A stretch of 64,000 bases of DNA from Pseudomonadales bacterium (GCA_029210125.1 JARGPR010000001.1:326812-390811); one strand, 5' to 3'; shown: positions 37,156 through 48,783, counted from the stretch's first letter. Translations and numbers: made by a program. The notes: generated by a model from the letters alone, not told the origin.

Positions 37156-39471
37156 ATGGTTAATAAGCGTTTTCGGGTGGTTTTCCACCTATTAGTTCTG
37201 TTATGCGTGACAAGTTATTCGCAAGTGGCTACTGCATTTGTGGTCGCCGATATCCGTGTCGAAGGCCTTCAAAGAGTATCCGCCGGAACTGTATTTAGCG
37301 CTCTTCCGATTGAGGTGGGCGATGAAGCAAGTTCAGCACTGCTGGCGGAAGCTAACCGTTCTTTATTTAAAACTGGTTATTTCCATCAGATATTAATAGG
37401 TCGTGAGAGCGATGTCTTGGTTGTACGGGTAAAAGAACGACCCTCAATCGCTAAGCTATCCTTCGAGGGTAATGAAGCCATTCAGACTGAACAGCTCGAA
37501 GAGGGATTGAGGCGATCCGGGCTGGCCGAAGGGTTAATTTTTAAGCGTGCGGTACTCGAAAAAATTCAGCAGGAGTTATCCCGGCAATATATTTCCCAGG
37601 GTCGGTATAGTGTCAAGGTGGATGCGACGGCTGAGTTATTACCTCGTAATCGAGTCGAGATCACGATTAATGTTATTGAAGGTGAAGTTGCCAAAATAAA
37701 AAAAATCAACATTATTGGAAGTGCAATATACCCTGAAGAGCGTTTGCTACGGTTGTTCGAGCTTGAGGAGAGTGGTTTCTTCGGCTTTATGTCGGACGAT
37801 AAATACTCTCGAGAAAAACTTTCCGGAGATCTGGAACGTTTAAAAACATTTTACTTGGATAACGGCTACATTAAGTTTGCCTTGCAGTCTGTGCAGGTGG
37901 CTTTGACGCCTGATCGCAAGAGTGTGTTTATTACTATCAATATTGACGAAGGTGCGCAATATACAGTTAGCAATTATCGTATATCCGGTGACCTTGTTGT
38001 TCCTGAGTCTGAGCTTACGCCCTACGTGTATACCAAAACCGATCAGGTGTTTTCGCGAAAAATGATGAACGCCTCAACGGAGGCAATGACCATCAGATTG
38101 GGTAATGACGGATATGCCTTCGCTAATATCAATGGCATACCGGAAATTGATGAAGAAACACATCGAGTAGCCATTGCATATTTAATTGACCCTGGTAAGA
38201 GAACCTACGTAAATCGGATCAGTTTCTATGGGAACGTAGGTACTCAAGACGAGGTTTTGCGCCGCGAAATGGTGCAGATGGAAGGTGCTCTCGCATCCAC
38301 TTTCAGGATCGAACACTCCAAAACCCGGCTTGAACGGCTCGGTTTTTTTAAGAACGTAACTGTCGAAACGGTCCCGGTTCCTGGAGCAAGTGATCAGATT
38401 GATGTGAATTACTCTGTTGAGGAGCAGCCATCCGGAAGTGTTGGCGCTAGCATTGGTTTTGGTGGTGGTACAGGTTTGATTTTTGGCGCAAACATATCCC
38501 AGAAAAACTTTATTGGTAGCGGCAACGATGTCAGCTTTAATATCAGTTCAAGTGACTTTCAGGATGACTATAATTTTAGTTTTTTTGATCCCTACTATAC
38601 AGCTGATGGACTGAGTCGTGGTTTTAGTGTTTTTTATAAAAAAACCAATTTTGATGAGGCGAATGTATCGAGCTTTTTGACCGATACGATTGGTGCGAGT
38701 CTGCGATACAGTTATCCCATCAGTGACACTAGTCGTCTTGGATTTGAAGTAAGGGTCGAAAATGACAATCTAAAGCTGGGTGTTTATCCAGCTCAGGAAA
38801 TTTTTAATTTTGTTGCGGCGGAAGGCAACGAATTCAATACCTATTCAACTTCATTTTCCTGGACTAAATCTACTTTGGTTGGAGGTCTACTTGCGACCCG
38901 AGGTTCAAAAAACAGATTGTCTATGCAGATTACCTTACCTGGCACAGACATGGGATATATAGTGATTTCCTATACTGGTGAGAAGTATTTCAGGCTAACG
39001 GACACTTACTTTGTGCGATTAAAAACCCGCTTGGCTCAGGGAGAAGGGTTAGACGATGGCCCCTTCCCTTTTTATGAGCATTTTTTCGCGGGTGGTTTTG
39101 GTTCGGTGCGTGGTTATCGTGATAATACAATTGGGCCGAAAAGTACCCCTGGTATATTGGATCCTGATCAATCTGCACAGGCATTTGGTGGAAATATTCT
39201 GACAGAGTTCACTGCTGAATTGATTTTCAGATTACCCTTTGTTGAGGATCATAGTACGTTTCGATCTATGTTTTTTGTTGATGCTGGAAATGTATTTGAT
39301 TCGGACCGCGGTTATGATTTGAAGGCGTCCGAGTTGAAATATTCAGCTGGTATCAGCGCGATATGGGTGACGGCGTTAGCCCCACTGACATTTAGTTTTG
39401 GTAAGGCTTTAAACGATGATATTGATGATCGAACCCAAACCTTCCAGTTTACCCTGGGGGCCGGTTTTTAA
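37156..39471 (+). CDS. bamA: Outer-membrane protein assembly factor BamA
   Basis: 771 aa. Signal peptide, POTRA repeats (I..I.VEG), and a C-terminal beta-barrel ending ..FQFTLGAGF. Confidence 0.93.
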   Translation: MVNKRFRVVFHLLVLLCVTSYSQVATAFVVADIRVEGLQRVSAGTVFSALPIEVGDEASSALLAEANRSLFKTGYFHQILIGRESDVLVVRVKERPSIAKLSFEGNEAIQTEQLEEGLRRSGLAEGLIFKRAVLEKIQQELSRQYISQGRYSVKVDATAELLPRNRVEITINVIEGEVAKIKKINIIGSAIYPEERLLRLFELEESGFFGFMSDDKYSREKLSGDLERLKTFYLDNGYIKFALQSVQVALTPDRKSVFITINIDEGAQYTVSNYRISGDLVVPESELTPYVYTKTDQVFSRKMMNASTEAMTIRLGNDGYAFANINGIPEIDEETHRVAIAYLIDPGKRTYVNRISFYGNVGTQDEVLRREMVQMEGALASTFRIEHSKTRLERLGFFKNVTVETVPVPGASDQIDVNYSVEEQPSGSVGASIGFGGGTGLIFGANISQKNFIGSGNDVSFNISSSDFQDDYNFSFFDPYYTADGLSRGFSVFYKKTNFDEANVSSFLTDTIGASLRYSYPISDTSRLGFEVRVENDNLKLGVYPAQEIFNFVAAEGNEFNTYSTSFSWTKSTLVGGLLATRGSKNRLSMQITLPGTDMGYIVISYTGEKYFRLTDTYFVRLKTRLAQGEGLDDGPFPFYEHFFAGGFGSVRGYRDNTIGPKSTPGILDPDQSAQAFGGNILTEFTAELIFRLPFVEDHSTFRSMFFVDAGNVFDSDRGYDLKASELKYSAGISAIWVTALAPLTFSFGKALNDDIDDRTQTFQFTLGAGF

Positions 39472-39565
39472 CTCTTAGCAAGAAAGCTGCTAGAATTCTT
39501 TTTTAAATAGTAAGTCGCTAGTGAATAATACAATAAACCTATATAGCCTAAATTGGAGGCAACCT

Positions 39566-40075
39566 GTGAAATTATTAAAGTCGATGGCCTGCGCCCTGGT
39601 TCTACTGCCGGGCATGTTTTTTACAAGTGTTGCTATGGCCGAATTAAAGATTGCAGTGCTTGATATGCAACGTGCGATTTTGGAGTCGAATGAAGCTGTT
39701 GCCTTTATTAAGCAGGTTCAAAAAGAAGTTGCTCCAGATGCTGAAAAAGTAAAAAAGATTGAAGCATCAGCAAAAAAGTTGCAGGATCAGTTAGCTAAGG
39801 ATGGCGCGATTATGTCGGAGTCCGAGAAGAAAAAGTTGACTGAAAGCATCGAAGAAAAGTTGGTGAATTATAAATATTTGGTGGGTAAGTTGCAGAACAC
39901 TCAGAAACAAAAGCAACAAGAATTGCTTCGCTTGATGAACCCTAAGGTTGAAACAGCTGTTAAGACTCTTTTAGCAGAAAATAAATACGATCTGGTATTG
40001 CAGCGACAAGCGTTGGTTTTTTCCAATGCCGAATTGGATATTACCGCCAAATTGACCGAAATGCTGAATAAATAA
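39566..40075 (+). CDS. skp: Periplasmic chaperone Skp (OmpH)
   Basis: GGAGG plus 6 nt precedes the GTG at 39566. Signal peptide ..SVAMA and a coiled-coil K/E/Q-rich body. Conserved position between bamA and lpxD. Confidence 0.85.
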   Translation: MKLLKSMACALVLLPGMFFTSVAMAELKIAVLDMQRAILESNEAVAFIKQVQKEVAPDAEKVKKIEASAKKLQDQLAKDGAIMSESEKKKLTESIEEKLVNYKYLVGKLQNTQKQKQQELLRLMNPKVETAVKTLLAENKYDLVLQRQALVFSNAELDITAKLTEMLNK

Positions 40076-40101
40076 TATTTATTCGCTAGCGTCAACATTT
40101 G

Positions 40102-40133
40102 CAGGGGCGATTGAGGCCCCTGTTTAGGTTTTT
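40102..40133 (+). terminator. Hairpin after skp
   Basis: CAGGGGC / GCCCCTG 7-bp stem followed by a T-rich tract. Confidence 0.4.
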
Positions 40134-40154
40134 CATTTCATAGAGGGCTGTTTA

Positions 40155-41198
40155 GTGGTTGTTAGGGTTTATACACTTGCAGAACTAGCAGCATATATAG
40201 ATGCAGAGCTTTTAGGTGACGCTGCTCAGGAGGTCACTGGGTTAGCTACTCTTCAAGCAGCAAGCCAAGGTAACCTTGCCTTTCTGGCGAACTCAAAATA
40301 TCTTCAGTTTCTGGAGAATACCCAGGCTTCAGCCGTTATTGTTGATCGTGACAGCGCGGATCGTTGCCCGGTTGCTGCGTTAATCGTAGATGACCCTTAT
40401 ATGGCTTATGCCAAAATTTCTCAGCTTTTCAGTCCAAGCTTGGTAGCTGCTCCCGGCGTACATAAATCAGCGACTATTTCCGATTCGTGCACTATTGGCG
40501 CTGAGGTCTCTATCGGCCCAAACGTGGTGATCGAAGAGGATTCAGTAATCGGTGACCATGTCACCATTGGTCCCGGATGTATCGTGGGAGCTGGTTGTAG
40601 TATCGGTGATTACTCCAGGCTAAACCCCAATGTTACGCTTTACCATGGCATCACCCTTGGCCAGAGAAACATTATTCACAGTGGTGCCGTGATTGGCGCA
40701 GACGGATTTGGGTTCGCCAATAATCAGGGGCAATGGGAAAAAATCCATCAACTTGGCGGTGTTGTGATCGGGGATGATGTTGAAGTTGGCGCCAATACCT
40801 GTATAGACAGGGGCGCGTTGACAGATACTCAAATTGGTAACGGAGTGAAGCTCGATAACCATATCCAGGTTGGCCACAACGTCGTGATTGGAGAGCATAG
40901 TGCCGTGGCGGCAGGTACCGCTATAGCGGGCAGTGCTGAAATTGGCAGTTATTGCACCATTGCAGGTGCTGTTGGTATTGCAGGCCACTTGACGATAGCC
41001 GATCATGTTCATGTGACTGGCATGTCTATGGTTTCTAGTTCTTTGAAAACCGCCGGGGTATATTCATCTGGTACAGCTCTTACTGACAATCAGACATGGC
41101 GCAAAAACACGGCCCGGCTGAGAAAGCTTGATGAATATACCAAACGGTTGCTGAAACTAGAGAAACAATTTGAGCAGGCGACTGAAAAAAATACTTAG
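40155..41198 (+). CDS. lpxD: UDP-3-O-acylglucosamine N-acyltransferase
   Basis: 347 aa. Left-handed beta-helix hexapeptide repeats and the LpxD N-terminus (..L.ELA..I.AEL.GD). Confidence 0.92.
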   Translation: MVVRVYTLAELAAYIDAELLGDAAQEVTGLATLQAASQGNLAFLANSKYLQFLENTQASAVIVDRDSADRCPVAALIVDDPYMAYAKISQLFSPSLVAAPGVHKSATISDSCTIGAEVSIGPNVVIEEDSVIGDHVTIGPGCIVGAGCSIGDYSRLNPNVTLYHGITLGQRNIIHSGAVIGADGFGFANNQGQWEKIHQLGGVVIGDDVEVGANTCIDRGALTDTQIGNGVKLDNHIQVGHNVVIGEHSAVAAGTAIAGSAEIGSYCTIAGAVGIAGHLTIADHVHVTGMSMVSSSLKTAGVYSSGTALTDNQTWRKNTARLRKLDEYTKRLLKLEKQFEQATEKNT

Positions 41199-41279
41199 GA
41201 TGATTTGTAGCTTGGCTTTGCAGCACGTTACTTGCGACGTGTCGGCCAAAATAAATATTAGACTTACCAGGAATATTGA

Positions 41280-41711
41280 ATGCTAGATATTAATGAAATT
41301 AGAGAATATTTACCGCACCGCTACCCGATGTTATTGGTTGATCGAGTAGTCGAGCTGACCCTTGGTGAGTCAATTGTTGCATACAAAAACCTGACGGTTA
41401 ATGAAACGATATTTCAGGGACATTTCCCTGATCATCCTGTTTTTCCAGGTGTGCTTATTATCGAAGCGATGGCCCAGGCAGCCGGTATTCTTGGTTTTAA
41501 GACCATGGATAAAAAACCTGAGGATGGTTCTATGTACTATTTCGTAGGGGTCGACAAAGTTCGTTTCCGACGTCCAGTGATACCGGGTGACCGACTCGAC
41601 CTCAAAGCAGCGATTATCTCTGAGCGAAGAGGTATCTGGAAGTTCGATTGCAGCGCCGAAGTAGAGGGCGAGCTTGTTTGCGAAGCCACAATACTTTGCG
41701 CGGACCGCTAA
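41280..41711 (+). CDS. fabZ: 3-hydroxyacyl-ACP dehydratase FabZ
   Basis: [13 protein letters not shown].., [19 protein letters not shown]. Confidence 0.95.
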   Translation: MLDINEIREYLPHRYPMLLVDRVVELTLGESIVAYKNLTVNETIFQGHFPDHPVFPGVLIIEAMAQAAGILGFKTMDKKPEDGSMYYFVGVDKVRFRRPVIPGDRLDLKAAIISERRGIWKFDCSAEVEGELVCEATILCADR

Positions 41712-41713
41712 AC

Positions 41714-42490
41714 ATGGGTTTGATCGATCCACGTGCCATTATTGATCCCTCAGCCAAGCTGGCTAAAGGGGTTAGTGTTGGCCCCTGGAGTATTATTGGC
41801 CCTGATGTTGAGATCGGTGAAAATACTGAAATTAGCTCCCATGTCGTCATTCGTAAATCGACTCGTATCGGTCGAGATAATAAAATTTTTCAATTTTCCT
41901 CGGTGGGTGAAGACTGCCAGGATAAGAAATATAAAGGTGAGAAAACCTTTCTTGATATTGGTGACCGAAACGTCATTAGAGAAGGTTGTACTCTAAACCG
42001 AGGTACAGTGCAGGATGCGGGTATCACTCGAGTGGGTAGCGATAACCTGCTTATGGCATACGTGCACATACCCCACGATTGCATAGTCGGGGATAACTGT
42101 ATTTTGGCTAACAACGTTGCCCTTGCTGGTCATGTTCAGATTGGCGACTGGGCTATTCTTGGTGGTTATACATTGGTACACCAGTTCTGCAAAATAGGCG
42201 CCCACGCTTTTTGTGGAACCGGCAGTGTCGTATTAAAAGATGTTCCCGCCTACGTTACGGTTAATGGTAATAGTGCTTCGCCCCATGGAACCAACAGCGA
42301 AGGATTAAAGCGCCGTGGGTTTTCCGCCGATGCAATTGCAGCCATTAAGCGAGCCTACCGAATTACTTATCGAAACGGGTTGACGTTGGATAAAGCACTT
42401 GAAGAATTGGATGAGCTTGCAGCCACGCATCCTGAGGTGATTCCATTTATTGAGTCGCTACGTACTTCCACCCGTGGAATTGTTCGTTAA
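41714..42490 (+). CDS. lpxA: Acyl-ACP--UDP-GlcNAc O-acyltransferase
   Basis: MGLIDPRAIIDPSAKL.. with hexapeptide repeats. The ATG at 41714 lies 3 nt after the fabZ stop. The track start at 41648 overlaps fabZ. Confidence 0.95.
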   Translation: MGLIDPRAIIDPSAKLAKGVSVGPWSIIGPDVEIGENTEISSHVVIRKSTRIGRDNKIFQFSSVGEDCQDKKYKGEKTFLDIGDRNVIREGCTLNRGTVQDAGITRVGSDNLLMAYVHIPHDCIVGDNCILANNVALAGHVQIGDWAILGGYTLVHQFCKIGAHAFCGTGSVVLKDVPAYVTVNGNSASPHGTNSEGLKRRGFSADAIAAIKRAYRITYRNGLTLDKALEELDELAATHPEVIPFIESLRTSTRGIVR

Positions 42491-42523
42491 TCCCTTAACA
42501 CGAACGGATCCGGGAAAATCGAT

Positions 42524-43669
42524 ATGAGCAGGCCTCTTAGATTTGCCATAGTTGCTGGAGAAGCCTCCGGCGATATCCTTGGTGCGGGGCTGATAGAGGA
42601 GATTCTCAAACGTCACCCCGACGCGACCTTTGAAGGTATAGCAGGGCCTTTGATGCTCAGTAAAGGCGTCGAAGAACTTGCGCCAATGGAGCGTTTGTCG
42701 GTGATGGGCCTTGTGGAAGTACTGGGCCGGCTGCGGGAATTACTCAAACTGCGCAAAAGTTTAGTTAAGCATTGGACACAAAACCCGCCGGATATATTTA
42801 TTGGAATCGATGCGCCGGAATTCAATTTGGGTCTTGAACGATCGCTTCATAAAGCGGGTGTCAAAACTGTGCACTACGTAAGCCCATCGGTTTGGGCATG
42901 GCGTAGCGGCCGTGCAAAAAAAATGAAGGGCACCATCGATCTGATGCTTACCCTGTTCCCTTTTGAAGCCAAATTTTATCAACGCCAGCAAATTCCTGTG
43001 CAGTTTGTTGGCCATCCTTTGGCAGATCAAATTCCATTTGAGACAGACCGTCCAGGTGCGCGCGCAGAGCTGGGAATATCTGAAAACGCCGAGGTTATTG
43101 CGTTGTTGCCCGGTAGTCGGGCCGGTGAGATAGAAAAACTCGGAACACTGTTCCTGGAAGTCGCTCACTGGTGTTTAGCGAAAAAACCTCATTTACAATT
43201 TGTACTGCCCTGCGTCAATTTGGAGCGCATGCAACAGGTAGAGGCGATACTTGAAGAACTTCCTTATTCATTGCCTGTTACTGTTCTCGATGGTGGCTCG
43301 AGGGAAGCTATGATTGCATCCAATGCAGTGTTAATGGCATCTGGCACCGCCGCATTAGAGGGTATGCTTCTAAAACGACCGATGGTAGTAGCCTACAAGC
43401 TATCGCCGATCAGCTTTTTTATTTTATCGAGAATGGTCAAAGTGGATCACGTATCCTTGCCTAATCTACTTGCTGAAACTGAGGTGGTTCCGGAACTTTT
43501 GCAAGACGATGCGACCGTCGAAAATGTTGGTAGTGCATTATTGATGCAGCTCGAAGAGAGTGATGAACAGCTCGATCGATTGCAACTATTTGAAGATCAG
43601 CATCAAGCGCTTCGAAAAGATGCAAGCGTCTGCGCCGCGGAAGCAGTTTTGAAGCTTCTAGAGCACTAA
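42524..43669 (+). CDS. lpxB: Lipid-A-disaccharide synthase
   Basis: RFAIVAGEASGD.LGA.LI, DAPEFNL, YVSPSVWAWR and LLPGSR..E. Confidence 0.93.
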   Translation: MSRPLRFAIVAGEASGDILGAGLIEEILKRHPDATFEGIAGPLMLSKGVEELAPMERLSVMGLVEVLGRLRELLKLRKSLVKHWTQNPPDIFIGIDAPEFNLGLERSLHKAGVKTVHYVSPSVWAWRSGRAKKMKGTIDLMLTLFPFEAKFYQRQQIPVQFVGHPLADQIPFETDRPGARAELGISENAEVIALLPGSRAGEIEKLGTLFLEVAHWCLAKKPHLQFVLPCVNLERMQQVEAILEELPYSLPVTVLDGGSREAMIASNAVLMASGTAALEGMLLKRPMVVAYKLSPISFFILSRMVKVDHVSLPNLLAETEVVPELLQDDATVENVGSALLMQLEESDEQLDRLQLFEDQHQALRKDASVCAAEAVLKLLEH

Positions 43670-43700
43670 TGTAACGACCATAAAACCGAAGGGAGCCGGG

Positions 43701-45152
43701 TTGAAAACACTCTATTGGCATGATTACGAAACCTTCGGTCTTGATCCGAAACTCGACAGGCCCAGCCAGTTCGCCGGTGTACGTACCAACGAAAATCTTG
43801 AGGTAATCGAAGATCCGCTGGTTTTATATTGTCAGCCTGCACTGGATTATCTTCCTACGCCGGAATCGGTTTTGATTACCGGTATTACCCCGCAAAACTG
43901 TGTAGATAAGGGTATTCCCGAACAACAGTTCGCAGCGAAGATTCATGAGCAGTTTTCACGCCCTGATACTTGCGTGGTTGGTTACAACAATATTCGCTTT
44001 GACGATGAATTCACTCGTTTTATGTTGTATCGAAACCTTTATGATCCCTATGAGCGCGAGTGGAAGAACGGTAATTCCCGATGGGATATTATTGATATGT
44101 TGCGGATGGCTCGAGCACTACGACCAGAAGGTATAATCTGGCCCAACTATGAGGACGGTACGCCGAGCTTCCGGTTGGAGGATTTGACCAGCGCGAATGG
44201 GCTCGACCACGATAACGCCCATGATGCGCTATCCGATGTGATGGCAACCATTGAGCTGGCAAAATTGTTAAGACAAGCTCAGCCGAAACTCTATAACTAC
44301 CTGTATCAATTAAGGGACAAGCGCAAAGTCGCGGCGATGCTGACGGTGGATTACCAGACGGTATTGGTTCATACATCGTCAAAATACTCTTTGGCCCATG
44401 GTAAAACGGCGTTGGTGATGCCTTTGGCAATGCATCCAGTTAATAAAAATGGCGTCGTTGTTTATGATCTGAGCTTGGATCCTCAACCATTAATTGATCT
44501 GCCTGTTGACGAGATTAAGCACCGCCTATTTATGCCTCGAGAGTTGTTGCCTGAAGGGCAGCAACCAATCCCAATCAAAACAATTCATATCAATCGTTCA
44601 CCCGCGGTTGCTCCGTTGTCTACTATGAGTATTGAAGCTTTCGAACGTTTAAAAATCGATCGTAAGCAAGCACAGCATCACTTCCAGATGTTGCAGAAAA
44701 ATCTACAGGTACAGCAAAAAATAGTCGAAATATTTGCACCTGATGACGTTGATCGTAGTCCTGATGATGTTGATCAGCAGCTCTATACTGGTGGTTTCTG
44801 TAGTCGCCATGATAAATATCAGTTGCAGACAATTCGGGGTCTTAGGCCGGACCAGCATGGCGACTACCAGCCGGAGTTTGATGACCTTCGATATGAGGAA
44901 CTGTATTTTCGCTATAGAGCAAGAAATTTTTCCGAAAGTCTAACTGGGCCAGAACAAAACAAGTGGTTGAATTTCTGTCGTGAAAAGCTCCTTAAAGGAA
45001 ATGATGTTCATCTGGGTCTCGAATTTTATTTTCAAGAAATTAGCCGGTTAGAAAGCTCAAGTGCAACTGGATCACGGGAATCGCTGCTACTATACGAGTT
45101 AAATGAATATGCAAAGTCCGTAGAATCACGGATTTTTTCACGCTCCGGGTGA
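43701..45152 (+). CDS. sbcB: Exodeoxyribonuclease I
   Basis: 483 aa. TLYWHDYETFG (Exo I motif), GYNNIRFDDE and HDALSDV. TTG start with GGGAG upstream. Confidence 0.88.
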   Translation: MKTLYWHDYETFGLDPKLDRPSQFAGVRTNENLEVIEDPLVLYCQPALDYLPTPESVLITGITPQNCVDKGIPEQQFAAKIHEQFSRPDTCVVGYNNIRFDDEFTRFMLYRNLYDPYEREWKNGNSRWDIIDMLRMARALRPEGIIWPNYEDGTPSFRLEDLTSANGLDHDNAHDALSDVMATIELAKLLRQAQPKLYNYLYQLRDKRKVAAMLTVDYQTVLVHTSSKYSLAHGKTALVMPLAMHPVNKNGVVVYDLSLDPQPLIDLPVDEIKHRLFMPRELLPEGQQPIPIKTIHINRSPAVAPLSTMSIEAFERLKIDRKQAQHHFQMLQKNLQVQQKIVEIFAPDDVDRSPDDVDQQLYTGGFCSRHDKYQLQTIRGLRPDQHGDYQPEFDDLRYEELYFRYRARNFSESLTGPEQNKWLNFCREKLLKGNDVHLGLEFYFQEISRLESSSATGSRESLLLYELNEYAKSVESRIFSRSG

Positions 45153-45252
45153 AGTAAAATAGACAATGGATTTAGCTTGCATATAATTGCATAAGCCTGA
45201 ACAGGCTTTAAACCAGCATTATCGATAATGTCATAACAATAAGGATTGGATC

Positions 45253-46176
45253 ATGATTAGAGTTCTGGTGGTAGGGGATCAATCTCCTGGTAGCGATGAG
45301 TTAAAGGTGATTGCTGAGCTACTCGATCAGAAAGGGCATGTAACAGCAGTTACATCAAAGCTGGATGGCCATTCGACGCAGATTAATGGGGGTTTTCCTG
45401 ATCTTATTCTTGCTACAACCGATATCGACACACATCTAGTATCTGTAAAGAATAACGCCTACTTATCTGATACTCCGGTTGTAGCTATTGTTGATAATCT
45501 GGACTTGGCTGATGTGCTGCTAAAGCAGGGTGCTTATGACTTGGTTGAGAGACCCATAAACCCGATATTATTGGTTAAACGAATTGAAAATTGTGCGAAA
45601 TCCCTGGAACTTGCTGCGCAATATGATGACGCCAAAAAACAGATGCGCGAAATGACGATGTTTGATTCCCTAACGGAGTTACTGAATCGTCGATATTTTT
45701 TAAGTCAGGCGCTGCGTGAGCTTGCACGTGCGTTACGTTTTGGTCACTCCTACTCGATGATCATTGTTGAACCAGATAATTTCAAACAAATAAATGATGA
45801 AAAAGGTTCAGATGCTGGTGACGATGTACTGAAGCATCTGGCTAATATTTGTGCGGATATGGCTCGGCAGATTGATATTGTAGGTCGATTTAGTGGTAGT
45901 GAATTTGTGATTTGTTGTGCCGAAACTGGTTCCGAGGGAGCACGTGTTGTAGCGGATAGAATCCTTGAAAAAGTAGAAAAATCAGTTATACCAACTCCAT
46001 TAGGTGCAGTTGAATATAGTGTTAGCGTCGGCGTTTCTGAGCTCGGACCTCTGGAAATGGATATATCCCCTTTATTGAAGAGAGTAGATGTCGCATTAGC
46101 TGTATCTAAGGATCGCGGAGGAGATCAGGTTAGTGTTGAGCTGATTCCGGCCGATACCGATACCGATGGCGTGTAG
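45253..46176 (+). CDS. Pseudo-receiver + degenerate GGDEF-domain protein (SGSEF; I-site RxxD retained)
   Basis: 307 aa. The REC-like N-terminus lacks the phospho-acceptor Asp context. The GGDEF domain reads ..NRRYF.., DNFKQIND, RQIDIVGRFSGSEF. Confidence 0.8.
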   Translation: MIRVLVVGDQSPGSDELKVIAELLDQKGHVTAVTSKLDGHSTQINGGFPDLILATTDIDTHLVSVKNNAYLSDTPVVAIVDNLDLADVLLKQGAYDLVERPINPILLVKRIENCAKSLELAAQYDDAKKQMREMTMFDSLTELLNRRYFLSQALRELARALRFGHSYSMIIVEPDNFKQINDEKGSDAGDDVLKHLANICADMARQIDIVGRFSGSEFVICCAETGSEGARVVADRILEKVEKSVIPTPLGAVEYSVSVGVSELGPLEMDISPLLKRVDVALAVSKDRGGDQVSVELIPADTDTDGV

Positions 46177-46236
46177 TCTGTTGACTTACAACGCAGGTTT
46201 AAAAACAACTAACTAAAACAATAAAGGATCGAGAAA

Positions 46237-46476
46237 ATGAGCCAAGGCCATATGGAAAGCGCGGAACCCTATGCTGTTGATGTTGTAGCGGGTAAAACAT
46301 ACTACTGGTGTGCATGCGGGTTGAGCAAGAAGCAGCCCTTTTGTGATGGGACTCACAAGGATACGGAATTTGTTCCTGCGACCTTTACAGTAGAGAAAGA
46401 TAAAACCGTCTATCTTTGCGGTTGCCGCCGTTCAAATAAAGCCCCGTTTTGCGATGGAACCCACAAAGAGTTATAG
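46237..46476 (+). CDS. CDGSH-type iron-sulfur domain protein (two CDGSH motifs)
   Basis: 79 aa. CACGLSKKQPFCDGTH and CGCRRSNKAPFCDGTH. Confidence 0.85.
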   Translation: MSQGHMESAEPYAVDVVAGKTYYWCACGLSKKQPFCDGTHKDTEFVPATFTVEKDKTVYLCGCRRSNKAPFCDGTHKEL

Positions 46477-46496
46477 CCGTTCGGTTCAGAGCAGGC

Positions 46497-46853
46497 CTAT
46501 GTGGATTTATGCCAGCGGATATAGAGTGTACTGCTAATGAACAGTATTGTTGAAAATAGTGTGATCAGCGCACCTTCTAATTTGCTCGTTAAACTAAATA
46601 GCTCCAATATGCCTAGAGTGAAATAAACCAGTACAACAAAGCATAGCCAGGCATGGGTTCTGCCTGAACCCTGTATCAATCCCGGCATGAACATAAGTAG
46701 AGGGATTAGTTTGATGGCTAACATTGGCCATGGATATGTCCCACTGGGTTCAACAGTAGTAACAAAAAACCAGATAAGGGTAACGATTAACAGCAGATAG
46801 CTAATGGCGCTGCTGATTTTGCAGATCTGTGCCGGAAGACTCGATGTGCGCAT
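46497..46853 (-). CDS. Small 4-TM membrane protein (DUF2069-like)
   Basis: 118 aa, hydrophobic. Conserved arsC-wrbA-DUF2069 gene order as recalled from Pseudomonas. Confidence 0.5.
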   Translation of the reverse strand: MRTSSLPAQICKISSAISYLLLIVTLIWFFVTTVEPSGTYPWPMLAIKLIPLLMFMPGLIQGSGRTHAWLCFVVLVYFTLGILELFSLTSKLEGALITLFSTILFISSTLYIRWHKST

Positions 46854-46857
46854 CCCG

Positions 46858-47813
<956 letters not shown>

Positions 47814-48178
47814 GTAGGCATGCTCCTGTAGAGGGTTTCGCCATGTGTTTGGTAATAGATCTTGTCTAGCAAGGTTAACCAGGGTTAACGGTATCTGGCA
47901 GGCCAAATAGAAAAAGGCTCGCTAAGATAGCGGAATATTTTTTGCCGCTATCTAGACCTATGGCTATCTAAATTTGTGCTGAATTCAGGCGGGCTAAAAT
48001 ATCACATAAAGAAGGTTAGAACATCACTCAGTTTTGTAGGGAGATTATTTGTAGCGGATGGGTTTCTGGCGCAATGTGTGTGGTAATTCTGTTCGACAGG
48101 GATGGGCTTCAGGGCGAGGCATTCAGAATACTAAATGCCGTTGTGGTCGAAACGGCAGGTTGCGCGGAAAAAATCGTC

Positions 48179-48634
48179 TCAATTATCCTCAAGTCGCAGT
48201 GCATCCCTAATCATGCGTCTCTTCTCGTGTTCTTCCATCGATAGCAGGTTTTTGAAAATAATTTTCAGTTGTTTGTTCATGGCATTTTTCGCCAGGTGCT
48301 CGTAGTGGGCGATCAAATGGTCATCAAAATCAATAGCAATTTGCAGTACTTCTGCAGTGTTCAGTTCAGAAAGGTTATCGGTTTTGGTCAAGGAAGCAGG
48401 CAACACCAAATCAGGTACAGCATCGAACCACGCTTCTAAAATTTGATCACTGGCATCGGATTCATATTTATCCAGTGCTCGCTCCAGGTTTCTCTCATGC
48501 CTGGCAATATAATCGCATAGCATTTTGAGTCGTTCCTGCTCTGTTTCTGCAGAGACCTGCTGGCAGAATAGCTGTAGCTGATGATGGAACGCTTTTGTAT
48601 GTTCAATAATTTCTTTAGTTTGCTGGAAACGCAT
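48179..48634 (-). CDS. Hypothetical helical protein
   Basis: 151 aa, predicted all-helical, charged. No family recognised. Confidence 0.4.
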   Translation of the reverse strand: MRFQQTKEIIEHTKAFHHQLQLFCQQVSAETEQERLKMLCDYIARHERNLERALDKYESDASDQILEAWFDAVPDLVLPASLTKTDNLSELNTAEVLQIAIDFDDHLIAHYEHLAKNAMNKQLKIIFKNLLSMEEHEKRRMIRDALRLEDN

Positions 48635-48783
48635 AAACCCAACCCTTATTTTTATTAGATGGTCGATTCAGAGTATATCTATAGATAGGGGGAATTCCGA
48701 ATTTTTGTGAGGTTGATCGGCTACTTAACATATGTTCAACTGTTCCGGAATAAGCGGTATATCGTAATAGTCAGAGGGGGTTT

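Noticed and set aside
41648-41713. Track start of lpxA overlapping fabZ by 64 nt
   Set aside because: The canonical LpxA N-terminus (MGLIDPRAIIDPSAKL) begins at the ATG at 41714, immediately after the fabZ stop. The extension is Arg-rich nonsense.
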